DNA of 64,000 nt from Antedon mediterranea. Lineage: Eukaryota; Animalia; Echinodermata. Below are positions 49,601 to 64,000 of the stretch, piece after piece (the first letter of the stretch is position 1; the number at the start of each line of letters is the position of its first letter). The notes beneath the pieces were generated by a model. That model did not search any database. It was given only the letters and a program-made list of their open reading frames with translations, and was not told where the DNA came from. The stretch covers positions 16,691,237 to 16,755,236 of the forward strand of contig NC_092672.1 in NCBI RefSeq assembly GCF_964355755.1, written 5' to 3'. A program made the position numbers and the translations under genes.

Positions 49601-52600
49601 AAAGTGCTTCAAATCACATTAGAAACCGTTTTAGACCCTTTTGAGCATTTCGACAAAACTTTTCACACAAAAACATCAAAGAGCACAAAATAGCTTAATA
49701 TCGTATTTAAAAACGTTTTTGACCATTTTGAGCATTTCGACAAAAAAATTTCACACAAAACAGCAAAGTGCACAGAATAACTTCAAATCGCATTTGGAGA
49801 CGTTTTAGACCATTTTGTGATTTTCGAAAAAACTTGTTAACATAAAAACACCCAAGTGCTTAGAATAGCTTCAAATCGCATTTTGAGACATTTTAGACCC
49901 TTTTGTGATTTTTGAAAAAACTTGTTAACATAAAAACATCAAAGTGCTTAAAATCACATTAGAAACCGTTTTAGACCATTTTGAGCATTTCGATAAAACT
50001 TTTCACACAAAAACATCAAAGAGCACAAAATAGCTTAATATCGTATTTAAAAACGTTTTTGACCATTTTGAGCATTTAGACAAAAAATTTTCAAACAAAA
50101 CAGCAAAGTGCACAGAATAACTTCAAATCGCATTTGGAGACGTTTTAGACCATTCTTTAATTTTCGAAAAAACTTGTTAACATAAAAACATCAAAGTGCT
50201 TAAAATCACATTAGAAACCGTTTTAGACCATTTTGAGCATTTCGATAAAACTTTTCACACAAAAAACATTAAAGAGCTCAAAATAGCTTAATATCGTATT
50301 TAAAAACGTTTTTGACCATTTTGAGCATTTCGACAAAAATGTTTCACACAAAACAGCAAAGTGTACAGAATAGCTTCAAATCGTATTTGGAGACGTTTTA
50401 GACCTTTTTGTGATTTCCGAAGAAACTTGTTAACATAAAAACACCAAAGTGCTTAGAATAGCTTCAAATCGCATTTGGAGACGTTTTAGACCATTTTGTG
50501 ATTTTCGAAAAAACTTGTTAACATAAAAACACCAAAGTGCTTAGAATAGCTTCAAATCGCATTTTGAGACATTTTAGACCCTTTTGTGATTTTCTAAAAA
50601 ACTTGGTTACACAAAAACACCAATGTGCTTAAAATAGCTTCAAATTGCATTTGGAGACGTTTTAGACCATTTTGTGATTTTCGAAAAAACTTGTTACCAT
50701 AAAAACACCAAAGTGCTTAGATTAGCTTCAAATCGCATTTTGAGACATTTTAGACCCTTTTGTGATTTTCGAAAAAACTTGTTAACATAAAAACACCAAA
50801 GAGCTTAGAATAGCTTCAAATCGCATTTTGAGACATTTTAGACCATTTTGTGATTTTCGAAAAAACTTGTTAACATAAAAACACCAAAGTGCTTAAAATA
50901 GCTTCAAATCGCATTTGGAGAAGTTTTAAACCATTTTGTGATTTTCGAAAAAACTTGTTAACATAAAAACATCCAAGTGTACAGAATAACTTCAAATCGC
51001 ATTTGGAGACGTTTTAGACCATTTTGTGATTTTTGAAAAAACTTGTTAACATAAAAACACCAAAGTGCTTAGAATAGCTTCAAATCGCATTTTTAGACAT
51101 TTTACACCCTTTTGTGATTTTCGAAAAAACTTGTTAAAATAAAAACATCAAAGTGTACAGAATAGCTTCAAATCGCATTTGGAGACGTTTTAGACCATTT
51201 TGTGATTTTGAAAAAAGCTTAACATAAAAACACCAAAGAGCTTAGAATAGCTTCAAATCGCATTTTGAGACATTTTAGACCATTTTGTGATTTTCGAAAA
51301 AACTTGTTAAAATAAAAACATCAAAATGTACAGAATAGCTTCAAATCGCATTTGGAGACGTTTTAGACCATTTTGTGATTTTGAAAAAAACTTGTTAACA
51401 TAAAAACACCAAAGAGCTTAGAATAGCTTCAAATCGCATTTTGAGACATTTTAGACCATTTTGTGTTTTTCGAAAAAACTTGTTAACATAAAAACATCAA
51501 AGTGTACAGAATAGCTTCAAATCGCATTTTGAGACGTTTTAGACCATTTTGTGATTTTCGAAAAAACTTGTTAACATAAAAACATCAAAGTGCTTAAAAT
51601 CACATTAGAAACCGTTTTAGACCATTTTAAGCATTTCGATAAAACTTTTCACACAAAAACATCAAAGAGAACAAAATAGCTTAATATCGTATTTAAAAAC
51701 GTTTTTGACCATTTTGAGCATTTCGACAAAAAATTTTTACACAAAACAGCAAAGTGCACAGAATAACTTCAAATCGCATTTGGAGACGTTTTAGACCATT
51801 TTGTGATTTTCGAAAAAACTTGTTAACATAAAAACATCAAAGTGCTTCAAATCACATTAGAAACCGTTTTAGACCATTTTGAGCATTTCGACAAAACTTT
51901 TCACACAAAAACATCAAAGAGCACAAAATAGCTTAATATCGTATTTAAAAACGTTTTTGACCATTTTGAGCATTTCGACAAAAAAATTTCACACAAAACA
52001 GCAAAGTGCACAGAATAACTTCAAATCGCATTTGGAGACGTTTTAGACCATTTTGTGATTTTCGAAAAAACTTGTTAACATAAAAACATCAAAGTGCTTA
52101 GAATAGCTTCAAATCGCATCTTGAGACGTTTTAGACCATTCTGTGATTTTCGAAAAAACTTTTTAACATAAAAACATCAAAGTGCTTAAAATCACATTAG
52201 AAACCGTTTTAGACCATTTTGAGCATTTCGATAAAACTTTTCACACAAAAACATTAAAGAGCACAAAATAGCTTAATATCGTATTTAAAAACGTTTTTGA
52301 CCATTTTGAGCATTTCGACAAAAATTTTTCACACAAAACAGCAAAGTGTACAGAATAGCTTCAAATTGTATTTGGAGACGTTTTAGACCTTTTTGTGATT
52401 TTCGAAAAAACTTGTTAACATAAAAACACCAAAGTGCTTAGAATAGCTTCAAATCGCATTTTGAGACGTTTTAGACCATTCTGTGATTTTCGAAAAAACT
52501 TGTTAAGATAAAAACATCAAAGTGCTTAAAATCACATTAGAAACCGTTTTAGACCATTTTGAGCATTTCGATAAAACTTTTCACACAAAAACATCAAAGA

Positions 52601-55600
52601 GCACAAAATAGCTTAATATCGTATTTAAAAACGTTTTTGACCATTTTGAGCATTTCGACAAAAAATTTTCAAACAAAACAGCAAAGTGCACAGAATAACT
52701 TCAAATCGCATTTGGAGACGTTTTAGACCATTTTGTGATTTTCGAAAAAACTTGTTAACATAAAAACACCAAAGTGCTTAGAATAGCTTCAAATCGCATT
52801 TGGAGACGTTTTAGACCATGTTGTGATTTTCGAAAAAAACTTTTTAACATAAAAACACCAAAGTGCTTAGAATGGCTTCAAATCGCATTTGGAGACATTT
52901 TAGACTGTTTTGTGATTTTCGAAAAAACTTAAGATAAAAATATCAAAGTGCTTCAAATCACATTAGAAACCGTTTTAGACCATTTTGAGCATTTCGACAA
53001 AAATTTTTCACACAAAACAGCAAAGTGTACAGAATAGCTTCAAATCGTATTTGGAGACGTTTTAGACCTTTTTGTGATTTTCGAAAAAACTTGTTAACAT
53101 AAAAACACCAAAGTGCTTAGAATAGCTTCAAATCGCATTTTGAGACGTTTTAGACCATTCTGTGATTTTCGAAAAAACTTGTTAACATAAAAACATCAAA
53201 GTGCTTCAAATCACATTAGAAACCGTTTTAGACCATTTTGAGCATTTCGACAAAAAATTTTCACACAAAACAGCAAAGTGTACAGAATAGCTTCAAATCG
53301 TATTTGCAGACGTTTTAGACCTTTTTGAGATTTTCGAAAAAACTTGTTAACATAAAAACATCAAAGTGCTTAAAATCACATTAGAAACCGTTTTAGACCA
53401 TTTTGAGCATTTCGATAAAAATTTTCACACAAAACAGCAATGTGCACAGAATAACTTCAGATCGCATTTGGAGACATTTTAGACCATTTTGTGTTTTTCG
53501 AAAAAACTTGTTAACATAAAAACATCAAAGTGTACAGAATAGCTTCAAATTGCATTTGGAGACGTTTTAGACCATTTTGTGATTTTCGAAAAAACTTGTT
53601 ACCATAAAAACACCAAAGTGCTTAGAATAGCTTCAAATCGCATTTTGAGACGTTTTAGACCATTCTGTGATTTTCGAAAAAACTTGTTAACATAAAAACA
53701 TCAAAGTCCTTAAAATCACATTAGAAACCGTTTTAGACCAATTTGAGCATTTCGATAAAACTTTTCACACAAAAACATCAAAGAGCACAAAATAGCTTAA
53801 TATATTATTTAAAAACGTTTTTGACCATTTTGAGCATTCAAAAAAAAATTTCACACAAAACAGCAAAGTGCACAGAATAACTCCAAATCGCATTTGGAGA
53901 CGTTTTAGACCATTTTGTGATTTTCGAAAAAACTTGTTAACATAAAAACACCAAAGTGCTTACAATAGCTTCAAATCGCATTTTGAGACATTTTAGACCC
54001 TTTTGTGATTTTCGAAAAAAACTTGGTTACACAAAAACACCAAAGTGCTTAAAATAGCTTCAAATCGCATTTGGAGACATTTTAGACTATATTGTGATTT
54101 TCGAAAAAACTTGTTAACATAAAAACATCAAAGTGCTTAAAATCACATTAGAAACCGTTTTAGACCATTTTGAGCATTTCGATAAAACTTTTCACACAAA
54201 AACATCAAAGAGCACAAAATAGCTTAATATCGTATTCAAAAACGTTTTTGACCATTTTGAGCATTTCGACAAAAATTTTTCACACAAAACTGCAAAGTGT
54301 ACAGAATAGCTTCAAATCGTATTTGGAGACGTTTTAGACCTTTTTGTGATTTTCGAAAAAACTTGTTAACATAAAAACACCAAAGTGCTAAGAATAGCTT
54401 CAAATCGCATTTGGAGGCATTTTAGACCATTTTGTGATTTTCGAAAAAACTTGTTAACATAAAAACATCAAAGTGTACAGAATAGCTTCAAATCGCATTT
54501 GGAGACGTTTTAGACCATTTTGTGATTTTCGAAAAAACTTGTTAACATAAAAACATCAAAGTGCTTAAAATCACATTAGAAACCGTTTTAGACCATTTTG
54601 AGCACTTCGATAAAACTTTTCACACAAAAACATCAAAGAGCACAAAATAGCTTAATATCGTAAAAACATCAAAGTGCTTAAAATTCACATTAGAAACCGT
54701 TTTAGACCATTTTGAGCATTTCGATAAAACTTTTCACACAAAAACATCAAAGAGCACAAAATAGCTTAATATCGTATTTAAAAACTTTTTTGACCATTTT
54801 GAGCATTTCGACAAAAAAATTTTCAAACAAAACAGCAAAGTGCACAGAATAACTTCAAATCGCATTTGGAGACGTTTTAGACCATTTTGTGATTTTCGAA
54901 AAAACTTGTTAACATAAAAACACCAAAGTGCTTAGAATAGCTTCGAATCGCATTTTGAGACATTTTAGACCCTTTTGTGATTTTCGAAAAAACTTGTTTA
55001 CACAAAAACACCAAAGTGCTTAAAATAGCTTCAAATCGCATTTGGAGACATTTTAGACTATTTTGTGATTTTCGAAAAAACTTGTTAACATAAAAACATC
55101 AAAGTGCTTCAAATCACATTAGAAACCGTTTTTGACCATTTTGAGCATTTCGATAAAACTTTTCACAAAAAAACTTCAAAGAGCACAAAATAGCTTAATA
55201 TCGTATTTAAAAACGTTTTTGACCATTTTGAGCATTTCGAAAAAAAAATTTTCACACAAAACAGCAAAGTGTACAGAATAGCTTCAAATCGTATTTGGAG
55301 ACGTTTTAGACCTTTTTGTGATTTTCGAAAAAACTTGTTAACATAAAAACACCAAAGTGCTTAGAATAGCTTCAAATCGCATTTGGAGACGTTTTAGACC
55401 ATTTTTTGATTTTCGAAAAAACTTGTTACCATAAAAACACCAAAGTGCTTAGAATAGCTTCAAAAATCATTTTGAGACGTTTTATACCCTTTTGTGATTT
55501 TCGAAAAAACTTGGTTACACAAAAACACCAAAGTGCTTAAAATAGCTTCAAATCGCATTTGGAGAAGTTTTAAACCATTTTGTGATTTTCGAAAAAACTT

Positions 55601-58600
55601 GTTAACATAAAAACATCAAAGTGTACAGAATAACTTCAAATCGCATTTGGAGACATTTTAGACCATTTTGTGGTTTTCGAAAAAACTAGTTAACATAAAA
55701 ACACCAATGTGCTTAAAATCACATTAGAAACCGTTTTAGACCATTTTGAGCATTTCGATAAAATTTTTCACACAAAAACATCAAAGAGCACAAAATAGCT
55801 TAATATCGTATTTAAAAACGTTTTTGACCATTTTGAGCATTTCGACACAAATTTTCACACAAAACAGCAAAGTGCACAGAATAACTTCAAAGACCATTTT
55901 GTGATTTTCGAAAAAACTTGTTAACATAAAAACATCAAAGTGTACAGAATAGCTTCAAATCGCATTTGGAGACGTTTTAGACCATTTTGTGATTTTCGAA
56001 AAAACTTGTTAACATAAAAACACCAAAGTGCTTAGAATAGCTTGAAATCGCATTTTGAGACATTTTAGACCCTTTTATGATTTTCGAAAAAACTTGGTTA
56101 AAAAAAACACCAAAGTGCTTAAAATAGCTTCAAATCGCATTTGGAGACTTTTTAGACCATTTTGTGATTTCCGAAAAAACTTGTTAACATAAAAACATCA
56201 AAGTGTACAGAATAGCTTCAAATCGCAGTTGGAGACGTTTTAGATCATTTTGTGATTTTCGAAAAAAAATTGTTAACATAAAAACATCAAAGTGCTTAAA
56301 ATCACATTAGAAACCGTTTTAGACCATTTTGAGCATTTCGATAAAACTTGTTAACATAAAAACATCAAAGTGTACAGAATAGCTTCAAATTGCATTTGGA
56401 GACGTTTTAGACCATTTTGTTATTTTCGAAAAAACTTGGTTACACAAAAACACCAAAGTGCTTAAAATAGCTTCAAATCGCATTTGGAGACGTTTTAGAC
56501 CATTTTGTGATTTTCGAAAAAACTTAACATAAAAACATCAAAGTGCTTAAAATCACATTAGAAACCGTTTTAGACCATTTTGAGCATTTCGATAAAACTT
56601 TTCACACAAAAACATCAAAGAGCACAAAATAGCTTAATATCGTATTTAAAAATGTTTTTGACCATTTTGAGCATTTCGACAAAAATTGTTCACACAAAAC
56701 AGCAAAGTGTACAGAATAGCTTCAAATCGTATTTGGAGACGTTTTAGACCTTTTTGTGATTTTCGAAAAAACTTGTTAACATAAAAACACCAAAGTGCTA
56801 AGAATAGCTTCAAATCGCAATTGGAGATATTTTAGACCATTTTGTGTTTTTCGAAAGAACTTGTTAACATAAAAACATCAAAGTGCTTAAAATCACATTA
56901 GAAACCGTTTTAGACCATTTTGAGCATTTCGATAAAACTTTTCACACAAAAACATCAAAGAGCACAAAATAGCTTAATATCGTATTTAAAAACGTTTTTG
57001 ACCATTTTGAGCATTTCGAAAAAAAATTTTCACACAAAACAGCAAAGTGCACAGAATAACTTCAAATCGCATTTGGAGACGTTTTAGACCATTCTGTGAT
57101 TTTCGAAAAAACTTGTTAACATAAAAACATCAAAGTGCTTAAAATCACATTAGAAACCGTTTTAGACCATTTTGAGCATTTCGATAAAACTTTTCACACA
57201 AAAACATCAAAGAGCCCAAAATAGATTAATATCGTATTTAAAAACGTTTTTGACCATTTTGAGCATTTCGACAAAAAAATTTCACACAAAACAGCAAAGT
57301 GCACAGAATAACTTCAAATCGCATTTGGAGACGTTTTAGACCATTTTGTGATTTTCGAAAAAAACTTGTTAACATAAAAACACCAAAGTGCTTAGAATAG
57401 CTTCAAATCGCATTTTGAGACATTTTAGACCCTTTTGTGATTTTCGAAAAAACTTGGTTACACAAAAACACCAAAGTGCTTAAAATAGCTTCAAATCGCA
57501 TTTAGAGACATTTTAGAATATTTTGTGATTTTCGAAAAAACTTGGTTACACAAAAACACCAAAGTGCTTAAAATCACATTAGAAACCGTTTTAGACCATT
57601 TTGAGCATTTCGATAAAACTTTTCACACAAAACATCAAAGAGCACAAAATAGCTTAATATCGTATTTAAAAACGTTTTTGACCATTTTGAGCATTTCGAC
57701 AAAAAAATTTCACACAAAACAGCAAAGTGCACAGAATAACTTCAAATCGCATTTGGAGACGTTTTAGACCATTTTGTGATTTTCGAAAAAACTTGTTAAC
57801 ATAAAAACACCAAAGTGCTTAGAATAGCTTCAAATCGCATTTTGAGACATTTTAGACCCTTTTGTGATTTTTGAAAAAACTTGTTAACATAAAAACATCA
57901 AAGTGCTTAAAATCACATTAGAAACCGTTTTAGACCATTTTGAGCATTTCGATAAAACTTGTTAACATAAAAACATCAAAGTGTACAGAATAGCTTCAAA
58001 TTGCATTTGGAGACGTTTTAGACCATTTTGTTATTTTCGAAAAAACTTGGTTACACAAAAACACCAAAGTGCTTAAAATAGCTTCAAATCGCATTTGGAG
58101 ACGTTTTAGACCATTTTGTGATTTTCGAAAAAACTTAACATAAAAACATCAAAGTGCTTAAAATCACATTAGAAACCGTTTTAGACCATTTTGAGCATTT
58201 CGATAAAACTTTTCACACAAAAACATCAAAGAGCACAAAATAGCTTAATATCGTATTTAAAAATGTTTTTGACCATTTTGAGCATTTCGACAAAAATTGT
58301 TCACACAAAACAGCAAAGTGTACAGAATAGCTTCAAATCGTATTTGGAGACGTTTTAGACCTTTTTGTGATTTTCGAAAAAACTTGTTAACATAAAAACA
58401 CCAAAGTGCTAAGAATAGCTTCAAATCGCAATTGGAGATATTTTAGACCATTTTGTGTTTTTCGAAAGAACTTGTTAACATAAAAACATCAAAGTGCTTA
58501 AAATCACATTAGAAACCGTTTTAGACCATTTTGAGCATTTCGATAAAACTTTTCACACAAAAACATCAAAGAGCACAAAATAGTTTAATATCGTATTTAA

Positions 58601-61600
58601 AAACGTTTTTGACCATTTTGAGCATTTCGAAAAAAAATTTTCACACAAAACAGCAAAGTGCACAGAATAACTTCAAATCGCATTTGGAGACGTTTTAGAC
58701 CATTCTGTGATTTTCGAAAAAACTTGTTAACATAAAAACATCAAAGTGCTTAAAATCACATTAGAAACCGTTTTAGACCATTTTGAGCATTTCGATAAAA
58801 CTTTTCACACAAAAACATCAAAGAGCCCAAAATAGATTAATATCGTATTTAAAAACGTTTTTGACCATTTTGAGCATTTCGACAAAAAAATTTCACACAA
58901 AACAGCAAAGTGCACAGAATAACTTCAAATCGCATTTGGAGACGTTTTAGACCATTTTGTGATTTTCGAAAAAAACTTGTTAACATAAAAACACCAAAGT
59001 GCTTAGAATAGCTTCAAATCGCATTTTGAGACATTTTAGACCCTTTTGTGATTTTCGAAAAAACTTGGTTACACAAAAACACCAAAGTGCTTAAAATCAC
59101 ATTAGAAACCGTTTTAGACCATTTTGAGGATTTCGATAAAACTTTTCACACAAAAACATCAAAGAGCACAAAATAGCTTAATATCGTATTTAAAAACGTT
59201 TTTGACCATTTTGAGCATTTCGACAAAAAAATTTCACACAAAACAGCAAAGTGCACAGAATAACTTCAAATCGCATTTGGAGACGTTTTAGACCATTTTG
59301 TGATTTTCGAAAAAACTTGTTAACATAAAAACACCAAAGTGCTTAGAATAGCTTCAAATCGCATTTGGAGACGTTTTAGACCATGTTGTGATTTTCGAAA
59401 AAACTTAAGATAAAAATATCAAAGTGCTTCAAATCACATTAGAAACCGTTTTAGACCATTTTGAGCATTTCGACAAAAAATTTTCACACAAAACAGCAAA
59501 GTGTACAGAATAGCTTCAAATCGTATTTGGAGACGTTTTAGACCTTTTTGTGATTTTCGAAAAAACTTGTTAACATAAAAACACCAAAGTGCTTAGAATA
59601 GCTTCAAATCGCATTTTGAGACGTTTTAGACCATTCTGTGATTTTCGAAAAAACTAGTTAACATAAAAACACCAATGTGCTTAAAATCACATTAGAAACC
59701 GTTTTAGACCATTTTGAGCATTTCGATAAAATTTTTCACACAAAAACATCAAAGAGCACAAAATAGCTTAATATCGTATTTAAAAACGTTTTTGACCATT
59801 TTGAGCATTTCGACACAAATTTTCACACAAAACAGCAAAGTGCACAGAATAACTTCAAAGACCATTTTGTGATTTTCGAAAAAACTTGTTAACATAAAAA
59901 CATCAAAGTGTACAGAATAGCTTCAAATCGCATTTGGAGACGTTTTAGACCATTTTGTGATTTTCGAAAAAACTTGTTAACATAAAAACACCAAAGTGCT
60001 TAGAATAGCTTGAAATCGCATTTTGAGACATTTTAGACCCTTTTATGATTTTCGAAAAAACTTGGTTAAAAAAAACACCAAAGTGCTTAAAATAGCTTCA
60101 AATCGCATTTGGAGACTTTTTAGACCATTTTGTGATTTCCGAAAAAACTTGTTAACATAAAAACATCAAAGTGTACAGAATAGCTTCAAATCGCAGTTGG
60201 AGACGTTTTAGATCATTTTGTGATTTTCGAAAAAAAATTGTTAACATAAAAACATCAAAGTGCTTAAAATCACATTAGAAACCGTTTTAGACCATTTTGA
60301 GCATTTCGATAAAACTTGTTAACATAAAAACATCAAAGTGTACAGAATAGCTTCAAATTGCATTTGGAGACGTTTTAGACCATTTTGTTATTTTCGAAAA
60401 AACTTGGTTACACAAAAACACCAAAGTGCTTAAAATAGCTTCAAATCGCATTTGGAGACGTTTTAGACCATTTTGTGATTTTCGAAAAAACTTAACATAA
60501 AAACATCAAAGTGCTTAAAATCACATTAGAAACCGTTTTAGACCATTTTGAGCATTTCGATAAAACTTTTCACACAAAAACATCAAAGAGCACAAAATAG
60601 CTTAATATCGTATTTAAAAATGTTTTTGACCATTTTGAGCATTTCGACAAAAATTGTTCACACAAAACAGCAAAGTGTACAGAATAGCTTCAAATCGTAT
60701 TTGGAGACGTTTTAGACCTTTTTGTGATTTTCGAAAAAACTTGTTAACATAAAAACACCAAAGTGCTAAGAATAGCTTCAAATCGCAATTGGAGATATTT
60801 TAGACCATTTTGTGTTTTTCGAAAGAACTTGTTAACATAAAAACATCAAAGTGCTTAAAATCACATTAGAAACCGTTTTAGACCATTTTGAGCATTTCGA
60901 TAAAACTTTTCACACAAAAACATCAAAGAGCACAAAATAGCTTAATATCGTATTTAAAAACGTTTTTGACCATTTTGAGCATTTCGAAAAAAAATTTTCA
61001 CACAAAACAGCAAAGTGCACAGAATAACTTCAAATCGCATTTGGAGACGTTTTAGACCATTCTGTGATTTTCGAAAAAACTTGTTAACATAAAAACATCA
61101 AAGTGCTTAAAATCACATTAGAAACCGTTTTAGACCATTTTGAGCATTTCGATAAAACTTTTCACACAAAAACATCAAAGAGCCCAAAATAGATTAATAT
61201 CGTATTTAAAAACGTTTTTGACCATTTTGAGCATTTCGACAAAAAAATTTCACACAAAACAGCAAAGTGCACAGAATAACTTCAAATCGCATTTGGAGAC
61301 GTTTTAGACCATTTTGTGATTTTCGAAAAAAACTTGTTAACATAAAAACACCAAAGTGCTTAGAATAGCTTCAAATCGCATTTTGAGACATTTTAGACCC
61401 TTTTGTGATTTTCGAAAAAACTTGGTTACACAAAAACACCAAAGTGCTTAAAATAGCTTCAAATCGCATTTAGAGACATTTTAGAATATTTTGTGATTTT
61501 CGAAAAAACTTGGTTACACAAAAACACCAAAGTGCTTAAAATCACATTAGAAACCGTTTTAGACCATTTTGAGCATTTCGATAAAACTTTTCACACAAAA

Positions 61601-64000
61601 CATCAAAGAGCACAAAATAGCTTAATATCGTATTTAAAAACGTTTTTGACCATTTTGAGCATTTCGACAAAAAAATTTCACACAAAACAGCAAAGTGCAC
61701 AGAATAACTTCAAATCGCATTTGGAGACGTTTTAGACCATTTTGTGATTTTCGAAAAAACTTGTTAACATAAAAACACCAAAGTGCTTAGAATAGCTTCA
61801 AATCGCATTTTGAGACATTTTAGACCCTTTTGTGATTTTTGAAAAAACTTGTTAACATAAAAACATCAAAGTGCTTAAAATCACATTAGAAACCGTTTTA
61901 GACCATTTTGAGCATTTCGATAAAACTTGTTAACATAAAAACATCAAAGTGTACAGAATAGCTTCAAATTGCATTTGGAGACGTTTTAGACCATTTTGTT
62001 ATTTTCGAAAAAACTTGGTTACACAAAAACACCAAAGTGCTTAAAATAGCTTCAAATCGCATTTGGAGACGTTTTAGACCATTTTGTGATTTTCGAAAAA
62101 ACTTAACATAAAAACATCAAAGTGCTTAAAATCACATTAGAAACCGTTTTAGACCATTTTGAGCATTTCGATAAAACTTTTCACACAAAAACATCAAAGA
62201 GCACAAAATAGCTTAATATCGTATTTAAAAATGTTTTTGACCATTTTGAGCATTTCGACAAAAATTGTTCACACAAAACAGCAAAGTGTACAGAATAGCT
62301 TCAAATCGTATTTGGAGACGTTTTAGACCTTTTTGTGATTTTCGAAAAAACTTGTTAACATAAAAACACCAAAGTGCTAAGAATAGCTTCAAATCGCAAT
62401 TGGAGATATTTTAGACCATTTTGTGTTTTTCGAAAGAACTTGTTAACATAAAAACATCAAAGTGCTTAAAATCACATTAGAAACCGTTTTAGACCATTTT
62501 GAGCATTTCGATAAAACTTTTCACACAAAAACATCAAAGAGCACAAAATAGCTTAATATCGTATTTAAAAACGTTTTTGACCATTTTGAGCATTTCGAAA
62601 AAAAATTTTCACACAAAACAGCAAAGTGCACAGAATAACTTCAAATCGCATTTGGAGACGTTTTAGACCATTCTGTGATTTTCGAAAAAACTTGTTAACA
62701 TAAAAACATCAAAGTGCTTAAAATCACATTAGAAACCGTTTTAGACCATTTTGAGCATTTCGATAAAACTTTTCACACAAAAACATCAAAGAGCCCAAAA
62801 TAGATTAATATCGTATTTAAAAACGTTTTTGACCATTTTGAGCATTTCGACAAAAAAATTTCACACAAAACAGCAAAGTGCACAGAATAACTTCAAATCG
62901 CATTTGGAGACGTTTTAGACCATTTTGTGATTTTCGAAAAAAACTTGTTAACATAAAAACACCAAAGTGCTTAGAATAGCTTCAAATCGCATTTTGAGAC
63001 ATTTTAGACCCTTTTGTGATTTTCGAAAAAACTTGGTTACACAAAAACACCAAAGTGCTTAAAATCACATTAGAAACCGTTTTAGACCATTTTGAGGATT
63101 TCGATAAAACTTTTCACACAAAAACATCAAAGAGCACAAAATAGCTTAATATCGTATTTAAAAACGTTTTTGACCATTTTGAGCATTTCGACAAAAAAAT
63201 TTCACACAAAACAGCAAAGTGCACAGAATAACTTCAAATCGCATTTGGAGACGTTTTAGACCATTTTGTGATTTTCGAAAAAACTTGTTAACATAAAAAC
63301 ACCAAAGTGCTTAGAATAGCTTCAAATCGCATTTGGAGACGTTTTAGACCATGTTGTGATTTTCGAAAAAACTTAAGATAAAAATATCAAAGTGCTTCAA
63401 ATCACATTAGAAACCGTTTTAGACCATTTTGAGCATTTCGACAAAAATTTTTCACACAAAACAGCAAAGTGTACAGAATAGCTTCAAATCGTATTTGGAG
63501 ACGTTTTAGACCTTTTTGTGATTTTCGAAAAAACTTGTTAACATAAAAACACCAAAGTGCTTAGAATAGCTTCAAATCGCATTTTGAGACGTTTTAGACC
63601 ATTCTGTGATTTTCGAAAAAACTTGTTAACATAAAAACATCAAAGTGCTTCAAATCACATTAGAAACCGTTTTAGACCATTTTGAGCATTTCGACAAAAA
63701 ATTTTCACACAAAACAGCAAAGTGTACAGAATAGCTTCAAATCGTATTTGCAGACGTTTTAGACCTTTTTGAGATTTTCGAAAAAACTTGTAACATAAAA
63801 ACATCAAAGTGCTTCAAATCACATTAGAAACCGTTTTAGACCATTTTGAGCATTTCGACAAAAATTTTTCACACAAAACAGCAAAGTGCACAGAATAACT
63901 TCAAATCGCATTTGGAGACGTTTTAGACCATTCTGTGATTTTCGAAAAAACTTGTTAACATAAAAACATCAAAGTGCTTAAAATCACATTAGAAACCGTT
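46623..64000 (+). repeat. Satellite array, forward orientation, continuing to the window end
   Basis: Same monomer family; resumes at the second ACCCT. Confidence 0.98.
55680..63615 (+). repeat. Near-identical 3968-bp tandem duplication inside the satellite
   Basis: Rare variants recur exactly 3968 bp apart: AAACTAGT (55686/59654), CAAATCGCAATTGG (56811/60779 and 58422/62390), and identical ORF-track entries at 57525/61493. Confidence 0.88.

Overview
This is eukaryotic, probably animal, heterochromatin-type DNA with no intact protein-coding gene. About 53 kb of the 64 kb is one AT-rich satellite family built from an 88-bp monomer and 77-87-bp variants, arranged in irregular higher-order blocks and kb-scale duplications. 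The satellite runs in reverse orientation from about 15754 to 29449, and both switches show short microhomology. Two insertions interrupt the array. The first is a 4.8-kb Kolobok-type DNA transposon (23371-28197; TTAA target duplication, perfect 18-bp AG...CT TIRs). It carries convergent, intron-containing, now broken genes for a THAP-DDE transposase and a KolX (P2X7 C-terminal/ballast-like) protein. The second is a ~1.95-kb almost fully palindromic non-coding foldback element (40320-46622; TGTT...AACA ends, 5-bp ACCCT target duplication, Ginger-like). Its right arm is split by a 4.35-kb non-coding element with perfect 32-bp CATTAG TIRs and a 2-bp AC target duplication (41579-45929), which itself carries a 1.5-kb hierarchical 21-bp tandem array and small retroelement remnants. 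All calls were made by eye; family names rest on terminal signatures and remembered protein motifs, not database searches.
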